Of a DNA stretch of 64,000 bases, positions 9,618 through 19,531 are shown in pieces. Under the pieces are notes generated by a model. That model was not told the DNA's origin, did not search any database, and saw nothing but the letters and a program-made list of their open reading frames with translations. Where the stretch lies: contig ONJQ01000011.1 in the NCBI GenBank assembly GCA_900318175.1, forward strand, positions 5,373 to 69,372, written 5' to 3'. The stretch comes from an uncultured Bacteroidales bacterium (GTDB taxonomy: Bacteria > Bacteroidota > Bacteroidia > Bacteroidales > P3). The translations under genes and the position numbers were made by a program. Within the stretch, counting starts at the first letter, position 1. Each line of letters opens with the position of its first letter.

Positions 9618-10421
9618 ATGGAATGGTTCGAAGCCTTAGTGTTAGGCCTTCTGCAAGGCCTTACTGAATACCTGCCTGTCAGCAGCAGCGGTCACCTCAC
9701 CATCGGAGCCCACCTCTTCGGTCTCAACGGTGCCGAGAATCTTGCTTTCACCGTGGCCGTCCATGTGGCCACCGTTCTCAGCACCATCGTCATCCTTTGG
9801 CGCGAAATCGTATGGATTTTCCAAGACCTCTTTAAGTGGAAATGGAACGACGGCACCAAATATGCCTTCAACATCCTCATTTCCATGATTCCTGTTGCCA
9901 TCGTGGGATTCTTTTTCAAGGACAAAGTCGAAGCCATCTTCGGCAGCGGACTCCTTGTTGTGGGCATCTGCCTGCTTGTCACCGCCACACTGCTGGCCTT
10001 CTCCTATTGGGCCAAGCCCCGCCAGCGTGAGAACATCTCCCCGTGGCACGCCTTTGTAATCGGTATCGCACAGGCCATTGCCGTCCTTCCCGGCCTCTCC
10101 CGCTCCGGCAGCACCATTGCCACCGGCCTCCTGCTGGGCAACAAGAAAGAGAAACTGGCCCAGTTCTCATTCCTCATGGTCATTCCTCCCATCCTGGGCG
10201 AGGCTCTGCTCGACGTCAAAGACATGGCCGAGGTAGGTGTCAGCACCGCCATGGCCGGTCTGCCCACGTCATCCCTTGTCATCGGTTTCCTCGCTGCCTT
10301 TGTCAGCGGCTGCCTGGCCTGCAAGTGGATGATTGATATTGTCAAGAAAGGCAAACTCATTTGGTTCGCCCTCTATTGCGCCATCGTGGGTCTGCTGGCC
10401 ATTGTGCTCCCCTTGTTCTAA
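9618..10421 (+). CDS. uppP: undecaprenyl-diphosphate phosphatase
   Basis: 267 aa. [19 protein letters not shown] and GLSRSGSTI are the BacA/UppP signature motifs. Confidence 0.93.
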   Translation: MEWFEALVLGLLQGLTEYLPVSSSGHLTIGAHLFGLNGAENLAFTVAVHVATVLSTIVILWREIVWIFQDLFKWKWNDGTKYAFNILISMIPVAIVGFFFKDKVEAIFGSGLLVVGICLLVTATLLAFSYWAKPRQRENISPWHAFVIGIAQAIAVLPGLSRSGSTIATGLLLGNKKEKLAQFSFLMVIPPILGEALLDVKDMAEVGVSTAMAGLPTSSLVIGFLAAFVSGCLACKWMIDIVKKGKLIWFALYCAIVGLLAIVLPLF

Positions 10422-11221
10422 TGACTCAGGACGAATTGCTCCAGGGCGTTGTCATTCCCGTCGACAAGCCCCGCCAATGGACCTCTTTTCAGGCCGTCAA
10501 CAAAATCAAGGCGGCCATTCGTCGCACCTTCGACTTGAAGAAATTCAAGATTGGCCACGCCGGCACGCTGGACCCCCTTGCCTCGGGGTTGCTGCTGGTC
10601 TGTGTGGGCAAAGCCACCAAACGCATCGACGAGCTGCAGTCCGGCACCAAAGTCTACTCCGGCACCTTTGTCTTCGGAGCCACCACACCCTGCTATGACC
10701 TGGAGCGTCCCATTGATGCCTACTATCCTTTTGCCCACATCTCCCCTGCCCTGCTCCAATCGGCCTTGCCCCAGTTCCTCGGCACCGTTCAGCAGGTGCC
10801 GCCCATCTTCAGCGCCGTGAAAATCGACGGCCAGCGGGCCTACCAGTATGCGCGGCAAACATCTGCTGACGAGCCGGCCCCCATGCCGACACCCAAACCG
10901 GTGCAGATATACGATTTCGAAATCACAGCCTTCCGGCCCGGCGACCCCGCGGCCACCCCGCCGCCCTTGGTGCAAACCGACCTGGCCGATGCCCGCCGTC
11001 TCTACGACAATCCACTCGGCACCGTGCCGCAGCACCTGCCACAGGCCGACTTCCGCATACGTTGCGGCAAAGGCACCTACATCCGCTCCATAGCCCGCGA
11101 CCTTGGCCTCGCCCTCAACAGCGGTGCTTTCCTCTCCGCGCTCTGTCGCGAACAGGTAGGCCAATACCACCTCGCCGATGCCGTAAGCCTCGACGAGGTG
11201 GAACGTTTCCTTCTCTCTTAG
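10421..11221 (+). CDS. truB: tRNA pseudouridine(55) synthase
   Basis: The start [23 protein letters not shown] overlaps the uppP stop (TAATG). GHAGTLDPLASGLL is the TruB catalytic motif. The gene ends in TAG. Confidence 0.9.
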   Translation: MTQDELLQGVVIPVDKPRQWTSFQAVNKIKAAIRRTFDLKKFKIGHAGTLDPLASGLLLVCVGKATKRIDELQSGTKVYSGTFVFGATTPCYDLERPIDAYYPFAHISPALLQSALPQFLGTVQQVPPIFSAVKIDGQRAYQYARQTSADEPAPMPTPKPVQIYDFEITAFRPGDPAATPPPLVQTDLADARRLYDNPLGTVPQHLPQADFRIRCGKGTYIRSIARDLGLALNSGAFLSALCREQVGQYHLADAVSLDEVERFLLS

Positions 11222-12609
11222 AAGTTGTATTTAATCAGTGCGCACACACGGTGGTTATCCACCATGTGCAGATTGTCGTTGAGCGCAATGCTGCCGTTGG
11301 CGGCTTGGTCGCCAAACGTGCAGGCCGTCCACTCATACTCCAGCCCCATATTGAAATGTTTTACGTTGTAGCTCAGTGAGGGAGCCACACGCCAAACGCT
11401 GTTCAATCCCGTGAAGTTCTCGCCGCCCTTCATGAAAATGAGGTGGCGCACAGCCGTCTTGGTTCCGAAATTGTACAGGTCCCTGTCGGCGCCAAGGTTC
11501 TTCATGTAGCCCAAAAACAGATTGACGCGGTAAGTGTGGCCATAGGCCAGGTTCAGGTAGCCGATGGCCGCCTTGAGAGGCGCATACTGCCAACTGCCGT
11601 CAGCCAGCACGTCCGTCACGCCATAGCCGTTCAGCTGGTTCACATGGCTGGTATTCTGTGCCAGCAGTGCGCGGCACTTGGCTGCAAACAGGCCGTCGGT
11701 ATACTGGACATAGAGTGTCGGGGTGAAGCTGGTCAGCCGCTCCTTTACCGGTACGGCCATGGTGGACTGCACCCCGTCAATGGTCACCGTTTTGTAACCC
11801 ACGGTGCGGGGCTTCAACGATTGGCAGGTGCTGCCCAACTGCGCATACAGATGGTCGCCTTGGTACTGCACTCCCAAAAACACTTCCGGCACCAGCCCTT
11901 GCTTTGCATAGTCGGTACTGGCCGTGCTGGACCACACACCGTTGTTGTATTGCGGGCCGTTGTACATGTACTGCAACTGATAGAGCGCGGCGGCGGTCAT
12001 GCCCCAGTTGCCCGTTGTGAGGGTGTAGGAGAGTTGCGGCGTGCGGCTGTGCGGGCGGAAGGGGGCCCCGCTGGCCATGCCAAGCACCTCGGGCATTATG
12101 TCGCCACTGAGCGGATGCCAATACTGACCCGCCAGCAGTTCCTGCCGCAGTCCCTGGTTGTTGCTCCACGTCAACTTGACAAAGGCCAGGCGCAGACGCA
12201 GCACCGTGTTGGTGGTGCCGAAGCCGCCAAAGTCCGCCTCCACCTTTCCCGAAGTGGAGGCTCCCAGCACGTCGGGGCCTTCGAGCTTCAAGCCAAAGCG
12301 CGTGGTCAAGGCCTGGAAAGTGGTGTGCGGTACGGCGTTCATATCCATCCTTTCCACACCCGCCTGCCGACACGCCTCGGGGGTTCCGTTCCACTTCTCG
12401 TCGAAGGGAATCATGTTGTACTCGTCGCCCACCACCGTGTAGGTCTCACGGGAGTCGTAAGTGAAATAGTTCCTCACAAAGCCATAGGGGGTCACTTTCA
12501 CCTTCTTCGGCTTGGCATCCAAGTTCTGGCCATCCTTCGTGGCCTCGCCCTGCGCAGCAGCCCCCAGGGCCACCGCCAGGCAAACGACAGAAAATAGTAA
12601 TTTCTTCAT
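11218..12609 (-). CDS. outer-membrane beta-barrel protein (porin-like), family not assigned
   Basis: It has the signal peptide MKKLLFSVVCLAVALGAAAQG. The sequence is rich in alternating aromatic/polar residues and ends in ..ALIKYNF (terminal Phe typical of OMPs). Confidence 0.72.
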   Translation of the reverse strand: MKKLLFSVVCLAVALGAAAQGEATKDGQNLDAKPKKVKVTPYGFVRNYFTYDSRETYTVVGDEYNMIPFDEKWNGTPEACRQAGVERMDMNAVPHTTFQALTTRFGLKLEGPDVLGASTSGKVEADFGGFGTTNTVLRLRLAFVKLTWSNNQGLRQELLAGQYWHPLSGDIMPEVLGMASGAPFRPHSRTPQLSYTLTTGNWGMTAAALYQLQYMYNGPQYNNGVWSSTASTDYAKQGLVPEVFLGVQYQGDHLYAQLGSTCQSLKPRTVGYKTVTIDGVQSTMAVPVKERLTSFTPTLYVQYTDGLFAAKCRALLAQNTSHVNQLNGYGVTDVLADGSWQYAPLKAAIGYLNLAYGHTYRVNLFLGYMKNLGADRDLYNFGTKTAVRHLIFMKGGENFTGLNSVWRVAPSLSYNVKHFNMGLEYEWTACTFGDQAANGSIALNDNLHMVDNHRVCALIKYNF

Positions 12610-12660
12610 ATCATTTTACTTTTTCATTCAAAACGCCAATCGGGCTCAATTATTGCCCCT

Positions 12661-12700
12661 CACAACAATAAAAGTTGCGGGCGGCTTTGCCGCCCGCAAC
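12661..12700 (-). terminator. intrinsic terminator on the minus strand (GTTGCGGGCGG/CCGCCCGCAAC stem followed by TTTTATTGTTG), 52 nt upstream of the porin-like gene start
   Basis: An 11-bp perfect GC-rich stem plus a T-run when read on the minus strand. There is no T-run on the plus strand. Confidence 0.65.
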
Positions 12701-12728
12701 CGCCCACCAGAACAAGAGTATCTCCGCT

Positions 12729-12840
12729 GTAGGTTCGCTCCTTCGAGGTCAGTTCTCTAACATTTGTTCCTCATTTCTTCCTTTTTCATTGGACAAATGA
12801 AAAAACAAGAATGGGAGAAGAGTGTGACAAGGAGTGGACG
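12729..12840. repeat. copy 1 of a ~110-bp imperfect palindromic element (outer arms GTYCRCTCCTTS / GAAGGAGCGAAC, inner arms TCATTTGTCC / GGAACAAATG)
   Basis: Aligned by eye with the copies at 19532-19638 and 51578-51685. Confidence 0.6.
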
Positions 12841-13000
12841 AAAGGTGGGGAAAAACGGTTTCATCAGCCCCCTGAAAACGATGAAAAAGGGGCTCTATTG
12901 TTAAATAACAGAAACCAGCTAAAAGAATATCATACAGGTCATTAAATACATCCAAATAGTTAAAAGAGTTAAAAAACTTGACAACGGGTTTGTAATTTCG

Positions 13001-13008
13001 TATTTTTG
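13001..13008 (+). promoter_or_regulatory. -7 box TATTTTTG upstream of queA
   Basis: Exact TAnnTTTG match 24 nt before the queA ATG. Confidence 0.6.
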
Positions 13009-13031
13009 CACGCTTTTATTATAATAAAACT

Positions 13032-14087
13032 ATGAAACTTTCTTATTTCAATTTCGTCCTCCCGAAGGAGCTGATAGCAGAGAAACCCACAAAACAACGC
13101 GACGAAGCACGCCTGATGGTGCTGCATAGAGACACACAGTCGGTGGAGCACCGCCTGTTCAAGGACTTGCTCGACTATCTGCACGAGGGCGACGTTGTGG
13201 TGGCAAACAACACCAAGGTGTTCCCAGCCCTGCTCTACGGCGAGAAGGAGAAGACGGGAGCAAAAATCACTGTGTTTCTGCAACGCGAGCTGAACAAGGA
13301 CATGCGCCTGTGGGACGTCATTGTGGACCCCGCCCGCAAGATACGTATCGGCAACAAACTATACTTCGGACCCAACGAGTCGTTGGTGGCAGAGGTGATT
13401 GACAACACCACATCGCGCGGACGCACGGTGCGTTTCCTCTTCGACGGCACCGACGAGGAGTTTAACAAGCACATACGCAGCCTGGGCCACACCCCGCTGC
13501 CCGAAGAGCTGCAGAGACTGAGAAACATTGAGAACTACGACGCCGAGCGCTACCAAACCATCTACGCAAAGGTGGAAGGCGCCGTGGCAGCCCCCATAGC
13601 AGGCCTACATTTCAGCCGCGAAATGCTGAAGCGGTTTGAAATCAACGACATCAAATGGGAGGAGCTGACCCTGCATTGCGGCATCGGGAACTTCAAGGAC
13701 ATCGAGGTGGAGGACCTCTCAAAGCACCGCATGGATGCCGAGGAGATGCACCTGTCGCAGGAGACGTGCGACACCATCATGAACGCCAAGCACAACGGAA
13801 ACAAAATCTGCGTGGTGGGTACCACTACCATGCGCGCCATTGAGAGCGCAGTGACCATTGCCGGCAAGGTGAGCGCCTACGACGGATGGACGAACAAGTT
13901 CATTTTCCCGCCCTACAATTTCACCATTGCCGACATGATGGTGACCAACTTCCACCATCCCAAATCGTCGCAATACATCATGGCAAGCACCTTCGGCGGC
14001 ACGGAGTTTGTACGCCAAGCCTACGAACTGGCCATCCGCGAGAAATACAAATTCTCGACCTACGGCGACGCCATGGTAATACTCTAA
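13032..14087 (+). CDS. queA: S-adenosylmethionine:tRNA ribosyltransferase-isomerase
   Basis: 351 aa. [39 protein letters not shown] and [10 protein letters not shown] are typical of QueA. Confidence 0.94.
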   Translation: MKLSYFNFVLPKELIAEKPTKQRDEARLMVLHRDTQSVEHRLFKDLLDYLHEGDVVVANNTKVFPALLYGEKEKTGAKITVFLQRELNKDMRLWDVIVDPARKIRIGNKLYFGPNESLVAEVIDNTTSRGRTVRFLFDGTDEEFNKHIRSLGHTPLPEELQRLRNIENYDAERYQTIYAKVEGAVAAPIAGLHFSREMLKRFEINDIKWEELTLHCGIGNFKDIEVEDLSKHRMDAEEMHLSQETCDTIMNAKHNGNKICVVGTTTMRAIESAVTIAGKVSAYDGWTNKFIFPPYNFTIADMMVTNFHHPKSSQYIMASTFGGTEFVRQAYELAIREKYKFSTYGDAMVIL

Positions 14088-14100
14088 ACGGACGCTGGCT

Positions 14101-15354
14101 GTGAAACCCTTAGCCGAAATACTGAGGCCCACCAACCTGGACAACTACATCGGGCAGCAGCACCTTGTGGGGCCGGGAGCCGTGCTGCGCACACTGGTGG
14201 AGAGTGGCCGCATCCCGTCCATGATTTTCTGGGGCCCTCCGGGCATCGGAAAGACCACCTTGGCCATGGTCATCAGCAACATGCTGCATCGCCCCTTCTA
14301 CACGCTGAGTGCCATAAGCAGCGGCGTGAAGGAGGTGCGCGAGGTGATTGACAAGGCCAAGAGCGAGGAGAATGCCATCCTGTTTATCGACGAGATACAC
14401 CGTTTCTCGAAGAGCCAGCAGGACTCGCTGCTGGGAGCGGTGGAAAAGGGCATCGTCACCCTCATCGGTGCCACGACGGAGAACCCCTCGTTCGAAGTCA
14501 TTTCCGCCTTGCTGTCCCGTTGTCAGGTCTATGTGCTGAAGGAGTTCGGCGAGGCCGAGATGCGGCAACTGACGGACAGCGCGGTGAGCTACTACGCCTC
14601 GCAGGGGCGACAGGTGGAGGTGAAGGAGGTGGAAGCCCTGTTCCGCATATCGGGCGGCGACGCGCGGAAACTGCTCAACGCCATAGAGCTGGTTGTGAAC
14701 AACAGCCCCGAAGGCCCCGTAGTGATTGACAACGAGCGCACCACGAGCGTAGTGCAGCAGAACCTTGCCTTCTACGACAAGCAGGGCGAGATGCACTATG
14801 ACATTATCAGCGCCTTTATCAAGTCCATGCGAGGGAGCGACCCCAACGCGGCTGTCTATTGGCTGGCCCGCATGATTGAGGGCGGCGAAGACCCCGTGTT
14901 TATTGCCCGGCGCATGCTCATCTTTGCCTCAGAGGACATCGGCAACAGCAATCCCAACGCGCTGCTGCTGGCCAACGCCTGTTTCGAGGCGGTGACAAAG
15001 ATTGGCTATCCCGAGTGCCGCATCACACTGTCGCAGTGTGCGGTGTACCTTGCCTCATCGGTAAAAAGCAACAGCACCTATATGGCCTTGGCCAATGCCC
15101 AGCAGATGGTGCGCCAAACGGGCGACCTGCCCGTGCCGCTGCACATCCGCAACGCCCCCACCAAGCTGATGAAACAGCTGGGCTACAGCGAGGGCTACAA
15201 GTACGCACACGACTACGCGGGCAACTTCGTGGAGCAGGAATTCCTGCCGGACGCCCTGCGAGGTGTCAAGTTCTACGAGCCCGGCCAGAATCCCCGCGAG
15301 GAGGAGACACGCCGCCAGCTGCGCGCTCACTGGAAGGAGAAGTACAACTACTGA
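14101..15354 (+). CDS. rarA: replication-associated recombination protein A (AAA+ ATPase, MgsA/RarA)
   Basis: 417 aa with a GTG start. Walker A is GPPGIGKTTLA, followed by ILFIDEIHRFSKSQQD. The C-terminal MgsA domain contains YDIISAFIKSMRGSDPNAAVYWLARM. Confidence 0.92.
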   Translation: MKPLAEILRPTNLDNYIGQQHLVGPGAVLRTLVESGRIPSMIFWGPPGIGKTTLAMVISNMLHRPFYTLSAISSGVKEVREVIDKAKSEENAILFIDEIHRFSKSQQDSLLGAVEKGIVTLIGATTENPSFEVISALLSRCQVYVLKEFGEAEMRQLTDSAVSYYASQGRQVEVKEVEALFRISGGDARKLLNAIELVVNNSPEGPVVIDNERTTSVVQQNLAFYDKQGEMHYDIISAFIKSMRGSDPNAAVYWLARMIEGGEDPVFIARRMLIFASEDIGNSNPNALLLANACFEAVTKIGYPECRITLSQCAVYLASSVKSNSTYMALANAQQMVRQTGDLPVPLHIRNAPTKLMKQLGYSEGYKYAHDYAGNFVEQEFLPDALRGVKFYEPGQNPREEETRRQLRAHWKEKYNY

Positions 15355-15366
15355 TTCCCGTCATCC

Positions 15367-15933
15367 ATGATAACCGACAGGCAGACATACCGCAAATATG
15401 TGGAGGAGGATTTGAAGGCCTACGGCTTGCCGCGCGTGAGCCTATACAATTACTTGTGGATGGATTGCCTGCGGTTCCAGTTGAGGCTGCGAAAAATAGA
15501 ATACCTGCACAACACCGCCGGCCACAACCCGCTGAAACGGCTCAGATGCTTTGCTCTGGAGGTGGTGAACCACCGGCTGGCCGCACGGCTGGGATTCACC
15601 ATACCGAAGAACGTCTTCGGCCCAGGGCTGCACATTGTGCACTACGGCACCATCGTTGTGCACCCCGACGTGCGGGTGGGCAAGAACTGCCGGCTGCACC
15701 CTTCCACAAGCATCGGCGACTACAACGGTGTGCCACAGTTGGGCGACGACGTTTACATAGGCCCTGGAGCCAAAATCTACGGCCCCGTGACGCTGGGCGA
15801 CAATGTGGCCGTTGGGGCCAACGCCTTGGTGAACCGGTCGTTCGGCAGCAACGTGACGCTGGGCGGAGTGCCTGCCCGCATCGTGGCCGAGAAGGGTGCA
15901 AGGGAGCAAGGCGTATTCGGAAAGCTGTCTTGA
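15367..15933 (+). CDS. hexapeptide-repeat O-acetyltransferase (serine acetyltransferase/WcaB-like)
   Basis: 188 aa with left-handed beta-helix repeats (VGKNCRLHPSTSIG..LGDDVYIGPGAKIYGPVTLGDNVAVGANALV..LGGVPARIV). Confidence 0.78.
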   Translation: MITDRQTYRKYVEEDLKAYGLPRVSLYNYLWMDCLRFQLRLRKIEYLHNTAGHNPLKRLRCFALEVVNHRLAARLGFTIPKNVFGPGLHIVHYGTIVVHPDVRVGKNCRLHPSTSIGDYNGVPQLGDDVYIGPGAKIYGPVTLGDNVAVGANALVNRSFGSNVTLGGVPARIVAEKGAREQGVFGKLS

Positions 15934-16004
15934 ACAACCATATAGGTTTGGCCCACTCACAATCAAACTATCACATTAACACAACAACGAATTGATATCA
16001 CACT

Positions 16005-17798
16005 ATGGCTGACGCACTGCTCACCGTCGAGAACCTGACTAAATCGTATGGCGACAAACTGCTTTTCGACAACATCTCCTTTGGCATCAATGCCGGACAA
16101 AAGACCGCCCTCATAGCCCGCAACGGCTACGGCAAGTCGACACTGCTCAACATCCTCACCGGCAAGACCCTTCAGGACGAGGGCAAGGTAACGTTCAGCA
16201 GCGAAGTGAAGATGGCCTATCTGCCCCAGCAGCCCGAAATGCTGCCCCACCAAACGCTGCGCAGCTTCGTCTATTCAGTGGAGCGGCCCGAGCATGAGGA
16301 CGAATGGACCTTTGAGCAACGCATTGAGGAAATCCTCAGTCGGCTGCACCTCGACAGCAAGATGGACCAAACAATGGATACCCTCAGCGGAGGCGAGCAA
16401 AAGAAAGCAGCCCTCAGCCGCATACTCATCGACCACACAAACCTGCTGCTGCTGGACGAGCCCACCAACCATTTAGACATCGAAATGATTGAATGGTTGG
16501 AGGAATTCCTGTCGCGCCAGCGGCTCGCCATCCTCATGGTCACGCACGACCGCTACTTCCTCGACCATGTCTGCCAGGACATACTGGAGATTGACAACAG
16601 CCGTCTCTACCACTATCGCGGCCACTACGACTACTACCTGCAAAAGAAAGCCGAACGCCAGCACAACGAGCGCGTGGAGGTCGAGAAGGCCAAAAGCCTC
16701 TATCGCACCGAGCTGGAATGGATGCGCCGCATGCCACAGGCGCGTGGCACCAAAGCCCAGGCCCGTATCGACGCCTTCTATGAGTTGGAAGCCAAAGCCC
16801 ATACCCGATTCGACGAGAGTCGTCCGCAACTGACAGTGAAGACCGAACGCATTGGCGGCAAAATATTGGAGATGTACAACGTCACCAAAAGCTACGACGG
16901 CGCCAAACTTGTCGACGACTACAGCTACACCTTCAAAAAAGGCGAGAAGATTGGCATCGTAGGGCCCAACGGCATCGGGAAATCCACCTTCCTCAACCTC
17001 ATCACCGAGCAGCTGCGCCCCGACAGCGGACGCATCGTCGTGGGGCAGACCATCCGCTTCGGCTTCTACACCCAGGCCGGCATGACAGCCCCCGCCGACC
17101 GCCGCGTCATTGAGATTGTCAAGAACGTGGCGGAGCAGATAGAGCTGGACGGCGGCAAACAGATGTCCGCCCACCAGTTCCTCACCTACTTCGGCTTCGA
17201 CGACATGACGCAATACAACTACTTCGGCAACCTCAGTGGCGGCGAGCGCCGACGGCTCTACCTGCTCACAGTGCTCATGGCCAACCCCAACTTCCTGATT
17301 CTCGACGAGCCCACCAACGACCTCGACATCTACACGCTCGAAATCCTCGAACGCTTCCTCCGCGACTATAAGGGATGCCTCATCATCGTCAGCCACGATC
17401 GCAGCTTCATGGACAACATCGTCGACCACCTCATGGTCTTCGAAGGCGGCGGCCACATCCGCGACTATGCCGGCAACTACACCCAGTACCGCACAGCCCA
17501 GAACGCCGCGCGCCGCGACGAGACCCTGAAAGCGCGCGACGAAAAGCCTAAATACGAGCGCACCCACTCCGACAAACCCCGCGCCACCTACAAACAGCAG
17601 CGGGAATACGAAACCCTCACCGCCGAAATCGAGGCCCTCACCGCCGAGAAAGCCGAGCTGGAAAACCTCCTCAGCAGCGGAACCGAAACCGACCTCGCGC
17701 GCCTCACCCAAGCCTCCCAACACATAGGTGAAATCATCGCCGCCCTCGACGAAAAAGAACTCCGTTGGCTCGAACTCGACGAAATCATCAATCCGTGA
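16005..17798 (+). CDS. ABC-F family ATPase (two ABC cassettes, no TM domain, C-terminal coiled coil)
   Basis: 597 aa. Walker A motifs are ARNGYGKST and GPNGIGKST. The two signature motifs are LSGGEQKK and LSGGERRR. Confidence 0.92.
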   Translation: MADALLTVENLTKSYGDKLLFDNISFGINAGQKTALIARNGYGKSTLLNILTGKTLQDEGKVTFSSEVKMAYLPQQPEMLPHQTLRSFVYSVERPEHEDEWTFEQRIEEILSRLHLDSKMDQTMDTLSGGEQKKAALSRILIDHTNLLLLDEPTNHLDIEMIEWLEEFLSRQRLAILMVTHDRYFLDHVCQDILEIDNSRLYHYRGHYDYYLQKKAERQHNERVEVEKAKSLYRTELEWMRRMPQARGTKAQARIDAFYELEAKAHTRFDESRPQLTVKTERIGGKILEMYNVTKSYDGAKLVDDYSYTFKKGEKIGIVGPNGIGKSTFLNLITEQLRPDSGRIVVGQTIRFGFYTQAGMTAPADRRVIEIVKNVAEQIELDGGKQMSAHQFLTYFGFDDMTQYNYFGNLSGGERRRLYLLTVLMANPNFLILDEPTNDLDIYTLEILERFLRDYKGCLIIVSHDRSFMDNIVDHLMVFEGGGHIRDYAGNYTQYRTAQNAARRDETLKARDEKPKYERTHSDKPRATYKQQREYETLTAEIEALTAEKAELENLLSSGTETDLARLTQASQHIGEIIAALDEKELRWLELDEIINP

Positions 17799-17960
17799 GC
17801 CCATCAAGCGCGAAAACGCCCATATCAGTGACAGTTCACACCCGCAAACACTCCCTCATCCCCCTTTTCCTGCCCACCAGAGCTCGCTCCAAAGACGAGA
17901 AAAATTATAAATGATGTTAAAAAAGTGTCACAAAACCGTTTTTTTTCGTCTTATAGGCGT

Positions 17961-18521
17961 ATGAAGATCGAATTGGAACAAATTGTTGCGGGATGCCAGC
18001 GGAAAGACCCCAAGGCCCAAAAGCGTTTGTACGAGGTTTTCGCACCCAAACTCTTAGGACTCTGCATGAGGTACACCACCTGCCGCGACGAAGCACAAGA
18101 CCTTCTCCATGACGGCTTCATAAAGATCTTTGAAAGCATCGGCACACTTGGCAATGCCAATACCCTCGAACACTGGTTACACCAGATAATGACCAACACC
18201 TGCATCGACTACATCAGACAAAACTGCCAGATCCAATACTCCGACCTCGACACCGAAGAGAAATACCTTCTCATCGCCGACGAGGATGACAATGAGACTG
18301 CCAGTCCCTACCCAAACTTCACCATGGAACAGATAGTCAGTGCCATCCAGAGCCTCCCAGCCCAACAGCGGGCAGTCTTCAACCTCTGCGAAGTGGAGGA
18401 AATCAAGTCCAGGCAAGCAGCACAAATGCTTGGCCTCACCGAGAGCAACATCCGCCAACAGCTGAAACGAGCCAAAGACCAACTGCGAAAAAAACTGAAC
18501 AATAGAATAAAGACGATATGA
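17961..18521 (+). CDS. ECF-type RNA polymerase sigma-70 family factor
   Basis: Region 2 is DEAQDLLHDGFIKIF. Region 4 is a helix-turn-helix (QRAVFNLCEVEEIKSRQAAQMLGLTESNIRQQLKRAKDQL). The Met at 17961 is preferred over the GTG at 17925. Confidence 0.85.
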   Translation: MKIELEQIVAGCQRKDPKAQKRLYEVFAPKLLGLCMRYTTCRDEAQDLLHDGFIKIFESIGTLGNANTLEHWLHQIMTNTCIDYIRQNCQIQYSDLDTEEKYLLIADEDDNETASPYPNFTMEQIVSAIQSLPAQQRAVFNLCEVEEIKSRQAAQMLGLTESNIRQQLKRAKDQLRKKLNNRIKTI

Positions 18522-19402
18522 ACAACGATTTGAAAAACTACAGCACCCAGCCCGACCCCGAAGTATGGGACCGGATACAGAAGACCTTGCATCGCCGTGC
18601 CCTGCGCAGGCGTATCGCCACTTTTGCTGGTGCCGTGGCCGCTGTGGCAGCCATCTTCGTGGCCGGGGTGGCCATCCTGCGTCCCTCTGCCGCCGACGCT
18701 CCCGCCATAGCCGAAATCAAACTTGAAACAGCAGAGCGACAGAGCCTCACCCGCGATGCCAACCCCATGACCCCCGAGGAAATAGCCGTGGCCAGACAGG
18801 AAAGGCTCTCCCCTGCCACGCCCGCTACCAAGACTGTTGCACAGACCTCCAAGTCCCTGCCTGCCGAGCAGACTGCCACTGCCAAGCCCGAGAACTATTC
18901 CGAACCTCACACCGCGCAACCTTCTCAACCCGCCGCACCGCAGAGTGTCACCGCTCCCGCCCCCATGACTCCAAGCATTGCCGCCGCGGCTCCTGCCCCC
19001 ATCGCTCCCGCCATCACCGCAGAGGCCTCAACCACAGACATCATTGCAGCTGCCGAAGAGCCCCAGCAGGTACCGACAACAGCCAAGTCGCCCACGAGCA
19101 ACCCCAACGAAGACACTATCCTTTGGATACCCAACGTCTTTGCTCCCGGCTCCCCCAACGCGGACATTAGCACCTTCCGCGTAAAGATGAACCAGCCTGG
19201 CGAGTCCATCTCCGACTATCGAATCATTATCTTCAGCCGTAGCGGCCAGCAAGTCTACATCTCCCACAACATCGACCAGTCCTGGGACGGCACCTTCAAG
19301 GGCCGCGAATTGCCCCAAGGAGCCTACGTCTACGTGATTCAATACACCGACAGCCGGAAACTCAAACACATCCGCAAAGGCACCATCACCTTGCTGAAGT
19401 AA
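18518..19402 (+). CDS. single-pass membrane protein (anti-sigma-like topology) with Pro/Ala-rich linker and T9SS type-B (gliding-motility CHU_C-like) C-terminal domain
   Basis: The start overlaps the sigma stop (ATGA). The TM helix is IATFAGAVAAVAAIFVAGVAIL. The C-terminus (IPNVFAPGSPNADISTF..IIIFSRSGQQVY..WDGTFKGRELPQGAYVYVIQY..RKGTITLLK) matches the type-B sorting-domain pattern. Confidence 0.72.
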   Translation: MNNDLKNYSTQPDPEVWDRIQKTLHRRALRRRIATFAGAVAAVAAIFVAGVAILRPSAADAPAIAEIKLETAERQSLTRDANPMTPEEIAVARQERLSPATPATKTVAQTSKSLPAEQTATAKPENYSEPHTAQPSQPAAPQSVTAPAPMTPSIAAAAPAPIAPAITAEASTTDIIAAAEEPQQVPTTAKSPTSNPNEDTILWIPNVFAPGSPNADISTFRVKMNQPGESISDYRIIIFSRSGQQVYISHNIDQSWDGTFKGRELPQGAYVYVIQYTDSRKLKHIRKGTITLLK

Positions 19403-19531
19403 CAGAAACGAAAGATTAGAAATTAGGTTTATTGGGTTCGTAAAGGTTGAGGGAGGCCACTCCTCAACAGCCTTTAACGCTTTGTACGCAAATCCCGACT
19501 GCAGCCCAATAGCCCTGTTCACCCGCTCTAA

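Noticed and set aside
12610-13031. Riboswitch (preQ1 or other) in the long gap next to queA.
   Set aside because: I could not recognise any known riboswitch core (preQ1, TPP, cobalamin B12-box, SAM). The structured part reads on the opposite strand from queA, and queA has its own promoter 24 nt upstream.
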